A stretch of 30,879 nt of DNA from an uncultured Acidobacteriota bacterium. Lineage in GTDB: Bacteria > Acidobacteriota > UBA6911 > RPQK01 > JAPXNP01. Of this stretch, positions 1 through 11,259 are shown one piece after another (position 1 is the first letter of the stretch; every line of letters starts with the position of its first letter). The notes beneath the pieces were generated by a model. It was not told the origin of the DNA, made no database searches, and saw only the letters and a program-made list of their open reading frames with translations. The DNA lies in the NCBI GenBank assembly GCA_963777605.1, contig CAVZRV010000003.1:1-30879 (forward strand). Reading direction: 5' to 3'. The position numbers and the translations under genes were made by a program.

Positions 1-1
1 G

Positions 2-259
2 GGAGTCCCCGTCGCGGCCACATCAAAGGGCGCCGAGGGGCTGGATGCAGTTTCCGGTGAACAGATCCTGATTGCTGATCGGCCAGCTGAATTTCAGGCG
101 GCCTGCGTGAGGCTTCTACGGGAGCCCGTGCTTCGATCGATGATCTCGACAAATGCCCGGAAGCTGGTCCGGGAACGATATGATTGGACAACGCTAGGAC
201 AGAACTTCATGGACCTTGTGGAACGTTGTGGAGCCGTGAATGCTCTACCTGCAAACTGA
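2..259 (+). CDS. Glycosyltransferase family 4 (GT-B), 3' end only
   Basis: Frame +2 reads GVPVAATSKGAEGLDAVSGEQILIAD...NARKLVRERYDW, a typical GT4 C-terminus. Stop TGA at 257-259. Truncated by the window edge. Confidence 0.85.
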   Translation, partial: GVPVAATSKGAEGLDAVSGEQILIADRPAEFQAACVRLLREPVLRSMISTNARKLVRERYDWTTLGQNFMDLVERCGAVNALPAN

Positions 260-1554
260 ACCGGCAATCGAACCGGAGAGGGAAGTCCCCGTGCAAAGTT
301 CGCCTATTCCGGCCCGCAAACTGGTCCGGTTCGAGGAGGTCTCGAAGGGGTACCGGTGGGCCTCACCCGCAACCAGCCTTCCCCGCCTCGTTGCGTCATG
401 GTTCCGGCGTACCCTGCATCGGTCGAAATGGGCGTCAGCACCACTCAGCGAGGCTACCTCTGGGCATTGAAGAACGTGAGCTTCGACCTCGAGCCCGGTG
501 AATCACTTGCTCTGGTTGGCCCCAACGGCGCCGGCAAAACGACGATTCTGAAACTCCTGGCCAACATCACCAAGCCGAGTACCGGTGAGATTCAACTGAA
601 TGCAGGTTGTCGGCCCTGATCGAACTGGGGGCCGGATTCCACCCGGAGTTGACCGGACGGGAGAATATCTTCCTGAATGGAACCATCCTCGGTTTCCAGT
701 GATCGGAAATCGAAAAGCGCTTCGATGAAATCGTCGAATTCTCGGAACTGAGCCGGTTCATCGATACGCCCGTGAAACGGTATTCGTCCGGCAATGACCG
801 TCCGGCTCGGGATTTGCTGTTGCAGCCTGCATCGATCCTGACCGTCGGCTGGTTGATGAGGTCCTGGCAGTCGGTGATGCTGCATTCAGACAGAAATGCC
901 TGGGTCGGATCCAGGAGCTCCTTGACCGGGGGACCAGCATCATCTTCGTCTCCCACAACCTTTACATGGTCCATGCGGTTTGCCGGAAGGCGATCTACCT
1001 GCGCAACGGTTCGATCCAACTGGCGGGGAAGACGGAGCAGATACTCGAGGCCTACGAATCGGATCTGCACGCCGATCGGGCCCGGAAGTTCGACCGGGAT
1101 CGGGGTGTCTCAAAGGGCCGATCGGCAGGTGGTGTCGAGATCACTGCAGTCCAGTGGAGTGGAAAGGGCGGTGCGGATGGGAGACTGCTCAACTCGGAAG
1201 CGGCGGAGATAGCAATCGACTACCTGGCCGAACGAGACCTGGGCCGCGTGCAGATGTCACTCTTTATTATTCGCTCGGACGGGATGAGTTGCTGCATGGT
1301 ACGCAGCCGCCATGCTGATTGCTGTCTCGAGGTCGGTCGGGGCCCGGGCCCGGTCACGGGTCCGCCTCCAGCCGCTCCAGTTGATCACGGGGACCGATTT
1401 CGTAGAGGCGTTCTTCCTCAACCAAGCCGACTCGCTGCCCCTGACGCCGGGCCCGGCCCGTTCGGAGTGGTTTCATGTCAAAGGGCTGGCCCGCAGTTAT
1501 GAAGACGACAGCGGAGTTTACGAGCCGATTACGTCCTGGTTTCAGGCGACGTAG
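240..1554 (+). CDS. wzt: Polysaccharide ABC transporter ATP-binding subunit with C-terminal Wzt_C-like domain (frameshifted in this read)
   Basis: Joined frames give [27 protein letters not shown] (Walker A), [34 protein letters not shown] (Wzt signature), [10 protein letters not shown] (Walker B) and IIFVSHNL, followed by a beta-rich C-terminal extension. Confidence 0.9.
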
Positions 1555-1567
1555 GTTCCGAGGAACA

Positions 1568-2341
1568 ATGATGATCGCTTCCCTTCTTGCTTCTCGTGAC
1601 CTTCTTTGGGATGGACCGTCGCAACGTGCGGGCCCGCTATCAGCAGTCCGTCCTGGGTTGGCTCTGGGCGCTGTTGCAGCCGGCGGGGCAGGTGGCTATC
1701 TTCACGGTGGTGTTCACCTACGTGGTCCGGGTGGACACCGGGGATATTCTTTATGTGATCTTCTCTTACGTGGCCACCGTCCCCTGGACCTTTCTCGCCA
1801 TGTCTCTGACCGACATGTCAAACGCTGTCGTGGAAAACATGAGCCTGGTCACCAAGATCTACTTTCCGAGGGAGATCCTGCCCATCGCCGCCATGTTGGC
1901 CCGGCTGATGGATTTTGCGGTGGCTTCCTCGATCGTGGTGATCCTGATGGTGGCCTACCGTGTGGAGATTTCCCTGCCGGCTCTGCTCTGTATTCCGGTG
2001 ATTCTGATCGTCCAGTTGATGTTGGTCGTTGGGTTGGGGCTCCTCCTCAGCGCCGCCAACGTCTTCGTTCGTGACGTGCGATCGGTTCTGGCGCTGGGAG
2101 TCCAGCTCTGGTTGATGCTTCTCCGATTCTTTACCCGGTCACCATGATCCCCAAAGCCGATCGTTCCTATTACTACCTGAACCCGATGGCGGGAATTCTC
2201 GAGGCCTACCGGGAGGCCCTCCTTCACGGGCAGGTGCCGGGTATTCACCCCGCCGTAGCGGCGGCCGTTTCAGTGCCGGTCTTTATCGCAGGGTACTGGA
2301 TCTTCAAACGTGTCGAGTTCCGATTTGCCGATATCATCTGA
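1568..2341 (+). CDS. wzm: Polysaccharide ABC transporter permease (ABC-2 type, frameshifted)
   Basis: RNVRARYQQSVLGWLWALLQP, SLVTKIYFPREILP, LNPMAGILEAYR and KRVEFRFADII are characteristic Wzm motifs. Several hydrophobic segments. GAGG upstream of ATG 1568. Confidence 0.92.
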
Positions 2342-3784
2342 TTCTCCTCCACTACCTGGCGATCCGGTTGTCAGTGTGATCATTCCCGCCTACGGCGGTG
2401 CGGCGGTCCTGCCCGCTGCGATCGAGAGCGTCCTGAAACAGACCTGGCAGGACTTCGAAATCGTCGTGGTGGACGATTGCTCGCCGGACAACACGGCGGA
2501 AGTGGTTCGAGGCATGTCCGATCCCCGCATCCGCTATCTTCGAAATGCCGAGAATCAAGGAGCATTCACGGCGAGGAAGACGGCAATGGGTCGGGCCAGA
2601 GGGAAGTTGATCGCCTTTCTGGATCAGGATGACGCATTCCACCCCGATAAGCTTGCCTGCCACGTCCGGTTCATGGAGGCCCACCCTGAGGTCGGAAGCA
2701 GTTGCAACGCGCGCTTTAACGTTGAGTCGTGGTCGGGAAAACTCTGGGTGTCGGACCCGCCAGGAGTCGTGGGATTGTCCGACCTCGTATTGGGTTTCCC
2801 GATTCACCCAGCGATGCCGTCGTCAGGAGAGAATGGGCGATTCGAGTGAGGTTTGGGACGATAGCTTCGCACTCCGACGTGGCGACCAGGTGATCTTCAA
2901 TGGTGGGGAGACGGTGATCTGGGGGCGAATGGCCCTCGCCGGCTGTCAGATAGGCAATGTCGGCAGAGTCCTCAATTATCGGCGCTATCACAAAGGCCGG
3001 ATACAGAGGGACCTTGCAGGGGATGTGAGGCCGAATTGCGTTGCCAGAGGCTCATTCTCGAGGACGCCCGCTGTCCCGGGACGGTACGCCAACTGGAGGA
3101 GTCGGCCTTCAGCGAAACGTACATGGTGTGGGTGTACACCGCCTACGCCCAGGGTGAGGTGGAGACCGGCCGAAGATTGCTGGCCCGTGCCTTGAAGGAA
3201 ATCCGGCGCTCCAAGGGGTCGCCCCCGCAAATCGTCGAACTGATTTTCCGGAAAGGGTTGGTTTCAGCACCCATGGACGGCACGGGACCGTTTCTGGGGA
3301 TTGTCAAGGAGTTGCCCCCTAACTGCGACCGGATACCCGAACCGTGGAGGAGATGAACGCGCACATTCTGCTGGCGGCGTTTTGCAGGAATGCTCTGTGG
3401 AATGGAATGAATGGCGACCGTCCACCGGCCCTCCCTCCTGGCTATGAACCCGGTGAGGTCATCCTCGCCGGACTGGTCCATCAACTCCGGTGTCATGATC
3501 TGGCGCACGGCGACGGGTCAGCCGAAGCCCCTCTGCGACGATCTGGCCCCACAACTCAACAAAGTCCTTCCCGGATTCGATCGAAGGGTGCTGGGACGCT
3601 ACCAATTCAACCGGGCGATCGCAGCACGACCAAGAAACGCAAGTTCAAGTGCCTTAGAATCGCGTTGCGGGCGGTGTTTCACGATCGACGGTTCCTTGGT
3701 AATCGGGGGTTTTACTCCATGTTGCTGGCACCGGTCAGGGACATTCCAGGCACTTTTCGAAGAGGCATCGGCGCCGGAAGGTAA
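2325..3784 (+). CDS. Glycosyltransferase family 2 with C-terminal extension (frameshifted)
   Basis: VSVIIPAY...IESVLKQTWQDFEIVVVDDCSPDNT...ARGKLIAFLDQDD (GT-A DxD). The C-terminal part is pieced together from ORFs 2629-3195, 3036-3356 and 3344-3784. Start and end are approximate. Confidence 0.8.
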
Positions 3785-3796
3785 ACGACGATCAGC

Positions 3797-4856
3797 ATGC
3801 AGCCAGACGTTTGTCTCCTTGTATTGGGTGTAGGTGGAAACGTGGGACAGGGGATTCTCAAGGCTCTTGCCCATTCGAAGTTGCATGCACGGGTCATCGG
3901 CGGCTGCATTTCACCTCTTTCGGCAGGACTTTACACCGTGGATCGAGGCTACCTTTCTCCCCCGGCGGCCGATCGGCAGTTCCTGGACTGGCGATGCGAC
4001 CTGCCGCAAGGAACGGGTCGATGGGGTACTTTCTGGGGTTGAGCCGGTGTTGAAGGTCCTATCTGAGAACGCGGATCTGATTCGACACGAGTCCGGAGCA
4101 GTATGCCTGGTCAGCTCTCCCGAGAAACTTGCCGTCGGTCAGGACAAGCTGGCCATGTGCCGGTGGCTCGAGAGCCTCGGCCTGAACACGCCTCGCTACG
4201 CCGATGCGAACGATGTGGACGCGGTGAATCGGCTCGTGGAACAGTGCGGGTTCCCACTCATCGCCAAGCCTCGTTCAGGGAAGGGATCCCACGGAATTGC
4301 AGAGGTGAGTACTCGGGAAGCGCTCGAGGCGGTTATTCGGCAGAACGCTTACTTGATACAGGAACAAGTCGGCGATGCCACGGAAGAATACACAACGGGG
4401 ACGTTTTCGGATCGGGATGGGGTGGTTCGAGGTGTGATTACGATGCGGCGCGAATTACAGTACGGAACCACTTACCGCGCCCGGCTCGGTGAATTTCCTG
4501 AAGTCGCGAATCAAGCCACGAAAATCGCTGCTGCGTTGCGTCCCGCCGGTCCTTGCAACGTTCAATCCCGACTGACCGGGGGGCGTTCCGCCTGCTTCGA
4601 GGTCAACCTGCGTTTCTCAGGCACAGCTCCGTTGCGGGCACATTTCGGATTCAACGACGTGGAGGCGGCTGTCCGCCACTACATCATGGGTGAGCCGGCC
4701 GCAGATCTTCCAAAGTTGACGCGTGGAGTCTGCCTGAGGTACTGGAACGAGATCTACATCTCCCCTGAATCTGTCGCCGAACTGGACGAAAACGGGGCCT
4801 TCGATCCCACGCCCTCCCGGGCGGGACAAGTGGAAGACTTCGGGATGAGCAAGTGA
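3797..4856 (+). CDS. ATP-grasp domain protein (carbamoyl-phosphate-synthase-like family found in polysaccharide loci)
   Basis: N-terminal LVLGVGGNVGQGILKAL, then QDKLAM, FPLIAKPRSGKGSHG, LIQEQV, EEYT, GPCNVQ and FEVNLRFSGT. One frameshift near 3990. Confidence 0.85.
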
Positions 4857-5737
4857 AGGTACTGGTATCGGGGCACACCGGGTTGATCGGACGTGTGGTT
4901 TGCCGGACGCTGGCGATGGCGGGACACCGCGTTTACGGCGTCAGCCGAGAGCCTGGTGGGCACGGCGAAGTTGCGGCGGAAGTAATCGCCGACCTCGGGA
5001 CGCCTGAGAGCCTCGAAGAGGTTCTGAGTTTGGATAAGTGTGACGCAGTGATTCATGGTGCCGCGATACTGCACGGAGGAGCATTGTCTCAAGAATTGAC
5101 GACTGTCAATTGCATCGGGACGCAGCATCTGCTGCAGGTTGCCTCGAAGTGGAAGGCGGGCTGCTTTGTCTACCTGTCCAGCATGCCTGTAATTGGAATT
5201 CCCAGGCATCTGCCGATCACCGAGGACCATCCCACGGTGCCAGAGTCGGCCTATCATGCTTCGAAACTCTACGGCGAGCAACTGTGCCGCCTTGTGGACG
5301 ATGGAATTTCCAGGAAGCCGATCCTGAGGCTGACGTCCCCGGTTGGCCCGGGCTTGCCATCAAGTCGAATCTTTCCGGTATTCATCAAGCGGGCACTGGC
5401 TGGAGAGCCTTTGGAATTGAGCGGGCTTGGCACCAGGAGACAGGACTACGTTGATTTGAGGGACATTGCCTCTGCCGTGAGTACGGTTCTTGAAAGTGAT
5501 TGTTCCGGGATTTACAACATCGGCAGGGGACAAAGCGTCTCGAACCGCGAACTCGCAGAAGAAGTCATTACGATCCTGGGATCGTCTTCCCGGATTTGCT
5601 TTTCCGGCGCAGCGGATCCGGATGACGAGCTGGATTGGACTGTCTCGATTGAACGGGCCCGCCGTGACTTGGGTTACGACCCTCGCCACTCACTGGGTGA
5701 TTCGATTCTGTGGAGTGCAGGCCGGCGATGCGGATAG
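4853..5737 (+). CDS. NAD-dependent epimerase/dehydratase (extended SDR)
   Basis: Intact ORF with VLVSGHTGLIG Rossmann motif, YLSS, YHASK (YxxxK), RRQDYVDLRD and IYNIG. Overlaps the upstream stop (GTGA). Confidence 0.92.
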   Translation: MKVLVSGHTGLIGRVVCRTLAMAGHRVYGVSREPGGHGEVAAEVIADLGTPESLEEVLSLDKCDAVIHGAAILHGGALSQELTTVNCIGTQHLLQVASKWKAGCFVYLSSMPVIGIPRHLPITEDHPTVPESAYHASKLYGEQLCRLVDDGISRKPILRLTSPVGPGLPSSRIFPVFIKRALAGEPLELSGLGTRRQDYVDLRDIASAVSTVLESDCSGIYNIGRGQSVSNRELAEEVITILGSSSRICFSGAADPDDELDWTVSIERARRDLGYDPRHSLGDSILWSAGRRCG

Positions 5738-6401
5738 CCCTGATCAGTGACATTCATGCCAACTTCGAAGCCTTGAATGCGCTCCAGGAAGACCTCGTCG
5801 GAGTTGATCGAGTCGTTTGTCTCGGAGACATCATCGGTTATTACTGCCAGGAAATGAGGTGGTCAGCACTCTTCGGGCATGGAACGCGCACTGCATCCTG
5901 GGGAACCACGACTGGTTCCTCGTCAACGGAGTCCCAGGGGAGGCAAACGACAGCGTCCGGTTCGGAATCGAGTTCGCTGATGCGGTGATCGATGCGGATC
6001 ACCGCGCCTGGCTCTCGGGCCTGCCGGTTGCCTGGAGCGGACAGATTGGCTCGCAGTTTTTCAACCTGGTCCACGGGAGTCCATGGAGTCCCCTGCACGA
6101 CTATCTCTACCCGGACAGCCCGAAGCTGGAACAACTGGATTGCTTCGACTACGACGTCATCGCGTTCGGGCAGACGCATCGTCCGTACCTCAGGGACGGG
6201 GCACACCCTCGCCTGATCAACCCGGGTTCGGTCGGCCAGTCCCGGCACAAGCCTAACGTGGCGTGCGCTGTTCTGATGGACACCGGAACCGGGGAGTGCC
6301 TCCCGATCGAACGACCTTATGATCCGAATCACGTGATCAGACTTGCAAGAAGCAGGGGGGCCGGCGCCTGGGTGGAACGACATTTCCGGGGCGGCGTTTA
6401 G
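5728..6401 (+). CDS. Calcineurin-like metallophosphoesterase (YfcE-like)
   Basis: MRIALISDIHAN, CLGDIIGY, ILGNHD, VHGSP, FGQTHRP and INPGSVGQSR motifs. One frameshift near 5850. Confidence 0.88.
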
Positions 6402-6427
6402 GCTTACGGGAGGAGATCCGACTGAAA

Positions 6428-7573
6428 ATGAACGAAGCGATCAAGATTCCCTTCAACAAGCCGACCCTGATCGGTCGCGAGCTCTTCTATATTTCACAGG
6501 TTATTCTCAGCGGCCGGTCCGCCGGTGACGCGGGATTTACCCGGCGCTGCCATACCCTGCTGGAGGAGGCCCTGGGCGTTCCCAGGGTCCTGCTGACTAC
6601 CTCCTGCACTGACGCCCTGGAGATGGCTGCACTCTTGCTGCAGATCGAACCGGGAGACGAAGTCATCGTCCCCTCCTTCACCTTCGTATCGACTGTCAAT
6701 GCCTTCGTCCTGCGAGGGGCCCGCCCCGTCTTTATTGATGTTCGGAAAGACACCCTGAACCTCGACGAATCGCTCCTGGAAGCTGCGATCACGCCCCGCA
6801 CGAAGGCGATCGTCCCGGTTCACTATGCCGGCGTCGGCTGCGAGATGGACGTCATCGGCAAGGTGGCCTCCCGAAACGGAATCCCCGTCGTCGAAGACAA
6901 CGCCCATGGCCTGTTCGGCAAGTACCGGGGGCGCTTTTCGGAACGTTCGGCACGTTTGCGGCCCAGAGTTTTCACGAAACCAAGAATTTCATCTGTGGAG
7001 AAGGCGGCGCCATCCTCATCAACGACCCCGGCTACTGGAGCGGGCCGAAATCGTGCGAGAGAAAGGCACCAATCGGAGCCGTTTCTTTCGGGGAGAAGTG
7101 GACAAGTACAGCTGGGTCGATATCGGGTCGAGTTTTCTTCCCTCCGACATCCTGGCCGCCTTTCTCTACGCCCAACTGCAAGCATGGGAAAAATCAAAGC
7201 CGGCGCAGGTGGATCTGGGAGTACTACCAGGATCACCTGTGCGATTGGGCGGATGAGAACCAGGTCCGCATGCCGGTCGTTCCTGGGTACTGCGAACAGT
7301 CCTACCACATGTTCTACCTGTTGCTTCCGTCGCTCGAAGCGCGGCAGGGATTGATTGAACATCTGCGAGAGCGCGGCATCTTGAGCGTGTTTCACTATTT
7401 GCCGCTGCACCTTTCGGAAATGGGAATCAAGTTTGGAGGCCGTCCGGGAGACTGCCCGGTGACCGAGTCAGTGAGTGATCGGCTGGTCAGAATTCCCTTT
7501 TACAACGACCTGACTGAAAAGGACCTGGCGGAGGTCGTTGAGGCGATTGCCGGTTTCGGGTACTTGCCGGTGA
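6428..7573 (+). CDS. wecE: dTDP-4-amino-4,6-dideoxygalactose transaminase (DegT/DnrJ family)
   Basis: IPFNKP, LLTTSCTDALEMAALLL, PVHYAGVGCEMD, SFHETKN, REKGTNRSRFFRGEVDKYSWVDIGSS, HMFYLLL and VFHYLPLHLS match the WecE/RffA subfamily. The 3' end is approximate: the last frame runs to 7704, but family length suggests about 7570. Confidence 0.9.
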
Positions 7574-7633
7574 TTCGACCCCGCTTGAATCGCTTGGGGA
7601 ATCCCCACGGCCTGCTCCGGGAGAAGCCGCCGA

Positions 7634-8649
7634 GTGAGCGACTCTGGAATCCGGCTGGGTGTGGCGATCGAAGAAACATGGAGTTTCTTCCGGGATCTCT
7701 TTGAGGATTTCCAACGTCACTATGAGGTCACCCAGTTCGAACGCAAGACATTCCAGTTGGCGATCTTCAACACGAGAATCAATCGGTATCGGTTGAATCG
7801 GGATATGGACCGATTCCTTGCCCGCAACGACGTCGTCTTCTTCGAGTGGGCGAGCGGGTTGCTGTCTGCGGCGACCCAGCTTTCGCAGAAGGCGCGAATC
7901 GTGACCCGGTTGCATCGGTATGAAATGTACGAGTGGGTCGAACGGATCAACTGGAACAGGGTTGACCGGGTAATTCTGGTCAGTGAGGCCATGAGGCGCG
8001 ATTCACAGCACGATTTCCCGAATACGCTTCCAAGACCCGGGTGATTATCAGTTCCGTGTCATTAGACCGCTTCCGGCAGGCCGAACGAACCTACCGGGGC
8101 AACCTGGGAGTGCTATGCCAGCTGATTCCGAGAAAGCGTGTCTACGACCTGATCCTGGTGCTTGCCGAGATGCTGAAGGACGGGGACCGGTTCCATCTCC
8201 ACATCGGGGGAGCGGATCATCCTGCTCACGGGGATTACTCGCTGGCGCTGCGCAGGATCGTAGAGCGCCTGGGCATTCAGGACCGGGTTACTTTCTATGG
8301 CAATGTTGAGGACACCCCCTCCTGGCTTGAGAAGATCGACGTGTTCATTTCCCACAGCTATTCGGAAGGGCTCCAGGTGGCCCCGATCAAGGCAATGGCC
8401 ACGGGGTGCTACACTCTCGTCCACGGTTGGAATGGGGCCGAGGAAATGGTACCCGGCGACTGCATCTACCTGACCGGCGATGAACTCAAAGCCAGGCTGA
8501 GGGCCTACGCCGCTGCCTCCGAGGAAGAGAAGAACCGGCAGCAGGCGCGAATGCGGTCGATTGCCTGTGAGCAGTTCGATGCCGAGGAATCGAGGCGGAA
8601 ATTCCGGGAAGTGATTGACGAACTCGCGTCTGGGAGGAAGGCTGGCTGA
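7634..8649 (+). CDS. Glycosyltransferase family 4
   Basis: VVFFEWA, RLHRYEMY, LIPRKRV, VTFYGNVED and DVFISHSYSEGLQVAPIKAMATG (GT4 E-x7-E region). Frameshift near 8000-8040. Confidence 0.85.
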
Positions 8650-11192
8650 TCAGTTGTCCTGGACGACGCGGAGGTTGCGGGGGCGCTCCGGTTCGGAAGG
8701 ACCGCCCGAGTTCTCAGTGGGCACGAGTTTGAACGCCGCATCAGTTGTCAGGTTCTGTATTAAATGGAAAGCCGGCCTTCTCCATCGCTCGTGACAACGG
8801 TCTCTGAAATGGGAACGGCCGGGTTGGCGATGCTGTACGGGTCCCACCGTTCCAGTTTGAAGGACGATCCGGCGGCAAATCCACCGATGGAGACCGTTCC
8901 TGACGCTGCCGGGATGGGAGCCCCGGAAACGACGTTCTTCCAGGTGTGCGACCGATTTTGAACCCAGAGATGAGCCAGTCCATCGCCGGGAGCCTTCTGG
9001 CCGACAACCCGGAACCCCGGGTTGTTCGTGGTGGCGGAAAGGTCCTGGTAGCGACCGTTGTTGAGATGAAGGCCGGAGAGGAAGGCGGCGACGCCGCGGT
9101 AAATCTCGTGCAAACCCTTGACCCCGTCGGGACCAGGCTGGTTCTCCCGATTCTCCGACCACCAGTACAACTCGTAGAGGGCTCCCGGGTCGAGCGATGA
9201 CCAGAGGAAGTTGTGAAGCCAGATACCCTGCCGGTCTTGTGACAGGGCGGGGTTTTCCTTCTGCTCCAGAGAGGAAATCGAGTCCTGCTTCACCACGGAC
9301 AATCGGTTTGCCCGCGAGGTGGGCAGATGAGACGGCCGAATCAGCAGAATGCGCGACGCACTGCTGTAGGCCAGGTCGTAGCCGGCTGCATCGGACTCCA
9401 GGGCGGCGTCCCGAATCCACCCGGTACTGACGTAAGCATGAACGTCCACGTAATCGATGTTGGGATAGCGCGGATTCTCCCAGACCTGCTGGGCGGGCAG
9501 GGAGTGCCAGAAAGAGGTGGTCACCAGGTGACCGTTGGGGTGGTCATAAGTGCACTTCGCGCTGTCGCCGGTTCCAACCGCTCGACCAAAGCCCGGCAAT
9601 GCATGTACTTGCCGAATTCATCCGTCAGAATGTAATGCTGATCGCTGTAGGGGTCCCCTTCATTGAGCAGTTCCCAGGAGTGGATCGAAGTCGAGTACCC
9701 CCAACGGGCCTGAAGGTAGCGCCACCATGCCTGTTGAAGCCAGCGTACCTTGCCGACCTCCCGTCCGCGCCCGAAGAAGAAGGCGTCGTTGTCCTGGGCG
9801 AAGTTCCCGTCGAAATCGATCTTCTTGGAGATGACCTCGCTCTTTTCGAGGATGACCACCTTCAGGTAGACCCCGTTGCGTTCGGCCATCTCAACCAGGC
9901 GGTCGAGGTGATGAGAGTTGTGCTGCTGAAAGTAGTTCTGATGCTCCATCGACGGCTTGTGGAGGATTTCAGGCCCAAAATGCCCGCCTCCCAGGTTTTC
10001 GCGGATGGAAATCGTGTCGATGTAGACCTGGCCCGCGAGGACGTTTTCCAGGGTCAGAAAGAACTTGGGGAGAAAGTTGTTCGTTCCCGAAAACCATTCT
10101 CCGGTGATTGTCCCCCAAGAGGAGGGGGTATTCCCGCCATAGCCGGTGACGGCGGAACCGGTTCCGGCGTCGAATGCCCGGGAGTAGTTCTGCCAGGCGA
10201 CGTCGGTCTTGACGACCAGACCATAGTTTTGATGTCCCGTGTCTCTCGGCCCGGAGACCCCAAATCCCCGGTAGCGGACCTCCACCCGGTAGGTGGTGTT
10301 CGGTTTGACCTCCGTTGGAGTTCCCCAATAGCCGATCACCCGGCAGGCATCGAACCAGCTGGTGTTGCCGTCCGCTTTGTAATCGAGGCGCATCTTGATC
10401 GAGGTTTTCCCCTCGACTTCATCCTCAAAAGGAAGGACACCGGGGCGTGGAACGTAGCCCAGGTACTGATTCCGGATTTCGTAATAGGGCTTCCACTGCG
10501 ATCCGAAAATCGATTCGGGCGTCCACCACATGCGGAGAAACTGGATCCCGTTGGCGGCCATCTTCTGAAAGTCTGCTTCGGTCAGGTCGGCGGCGGCCTG
10601 GTAACCGGGGCCGAGGAAGGGAGATCCATCGTCGAATTCGAAATAGCGGGGATCGTCGGGCTCACTTGGATGAAGCCCGGGGACGAAGCCTCCGCAACCT
10701 CAAATGTTCGTGGCGTGGATTCGACGGTGCCCCCCGCGTCGTGGGCTCTCAATCGAAACGCCCAGGTTCCCGGGCGGTTGGGCAAAAGCGGACTTTCCAG
10801 CTGTATTGACCGGTCGGGTAATACCAGGGCTTCCCGTCGCGGACTTCGTCTCCGAAGGATTCGTGACAGGAAGGCCGGCTGGACGTAGACGGTCGACCAG
10901 TTGTCCGGGCTGAAGAGGCCGTCAACCGAGATCCCCGATGCAGAAGGAAGGCCGATTGGAGGGGCGGAGTCGTAGGGCCACTGGAGATTGTCGGCTACAG
11001 TGGAGCCGACCTGAAAGGTGGCTTCAAATCGCCAAACTTCGATAGCGCTGGTCGGGTGACTGATCGAAGTGATCTCCGGAGATCCCTCGGCAAGGAAAGG
11101 CAAAGCAGGAATGCTGTCAGGACGATTCCAGAGGTTCGATTCCTCCCGGGAGAACCGGTCTGGATGTGGTGCGTCGAACTTCCCTGTTTCAT
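8650..11192 (-). CDS. Secreted DUF5060-like + clan GH-A (GH5-like) glycoside hydrolase with inserted CBM-like domain (frameshifted)
   Basis: GGAG RBS before ATG 11192 and a hydrophobic signal (IVLTAFLLCLSL). DUF5060-like N-terminus (RFEATF...GISVDGLFSPD...QPAF...PGTW). MAANGIQFLRMW, RYLQARWGYSTSIHSWELLNEGD (acid/base), DVHAY and KPIVRGEAG (nucleophile). Ends PERPRNLRVVQDN*. Confidence 0.72.
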
Positions 11193-11226
11193 CGTTCTTT
11201 CTCCGCCGCAACCCGGTGCGGATCAA

Positions 11227-11259
11227 AGCCCAGCGCCCTCGGCGACGGCATCCTGGGCT
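11227..11259. other. Intergenic stem-loop between the two secreted-protein genes
   Basis: AGCCCAG (11227-11233) pairs with CTGGGCT (11253-11259), with inner GCCCTC/GACGGC near-pairing. It lies just after the inferred stop of the upstream gene. No clear U-tract. Confidence 0.45.

Noticed and set aside
9599-10888. 429-aa plus-strand ORF
   Set aside because: Antisense shadow of the minus-strand hydrolase, which carries the recognisable motifs.
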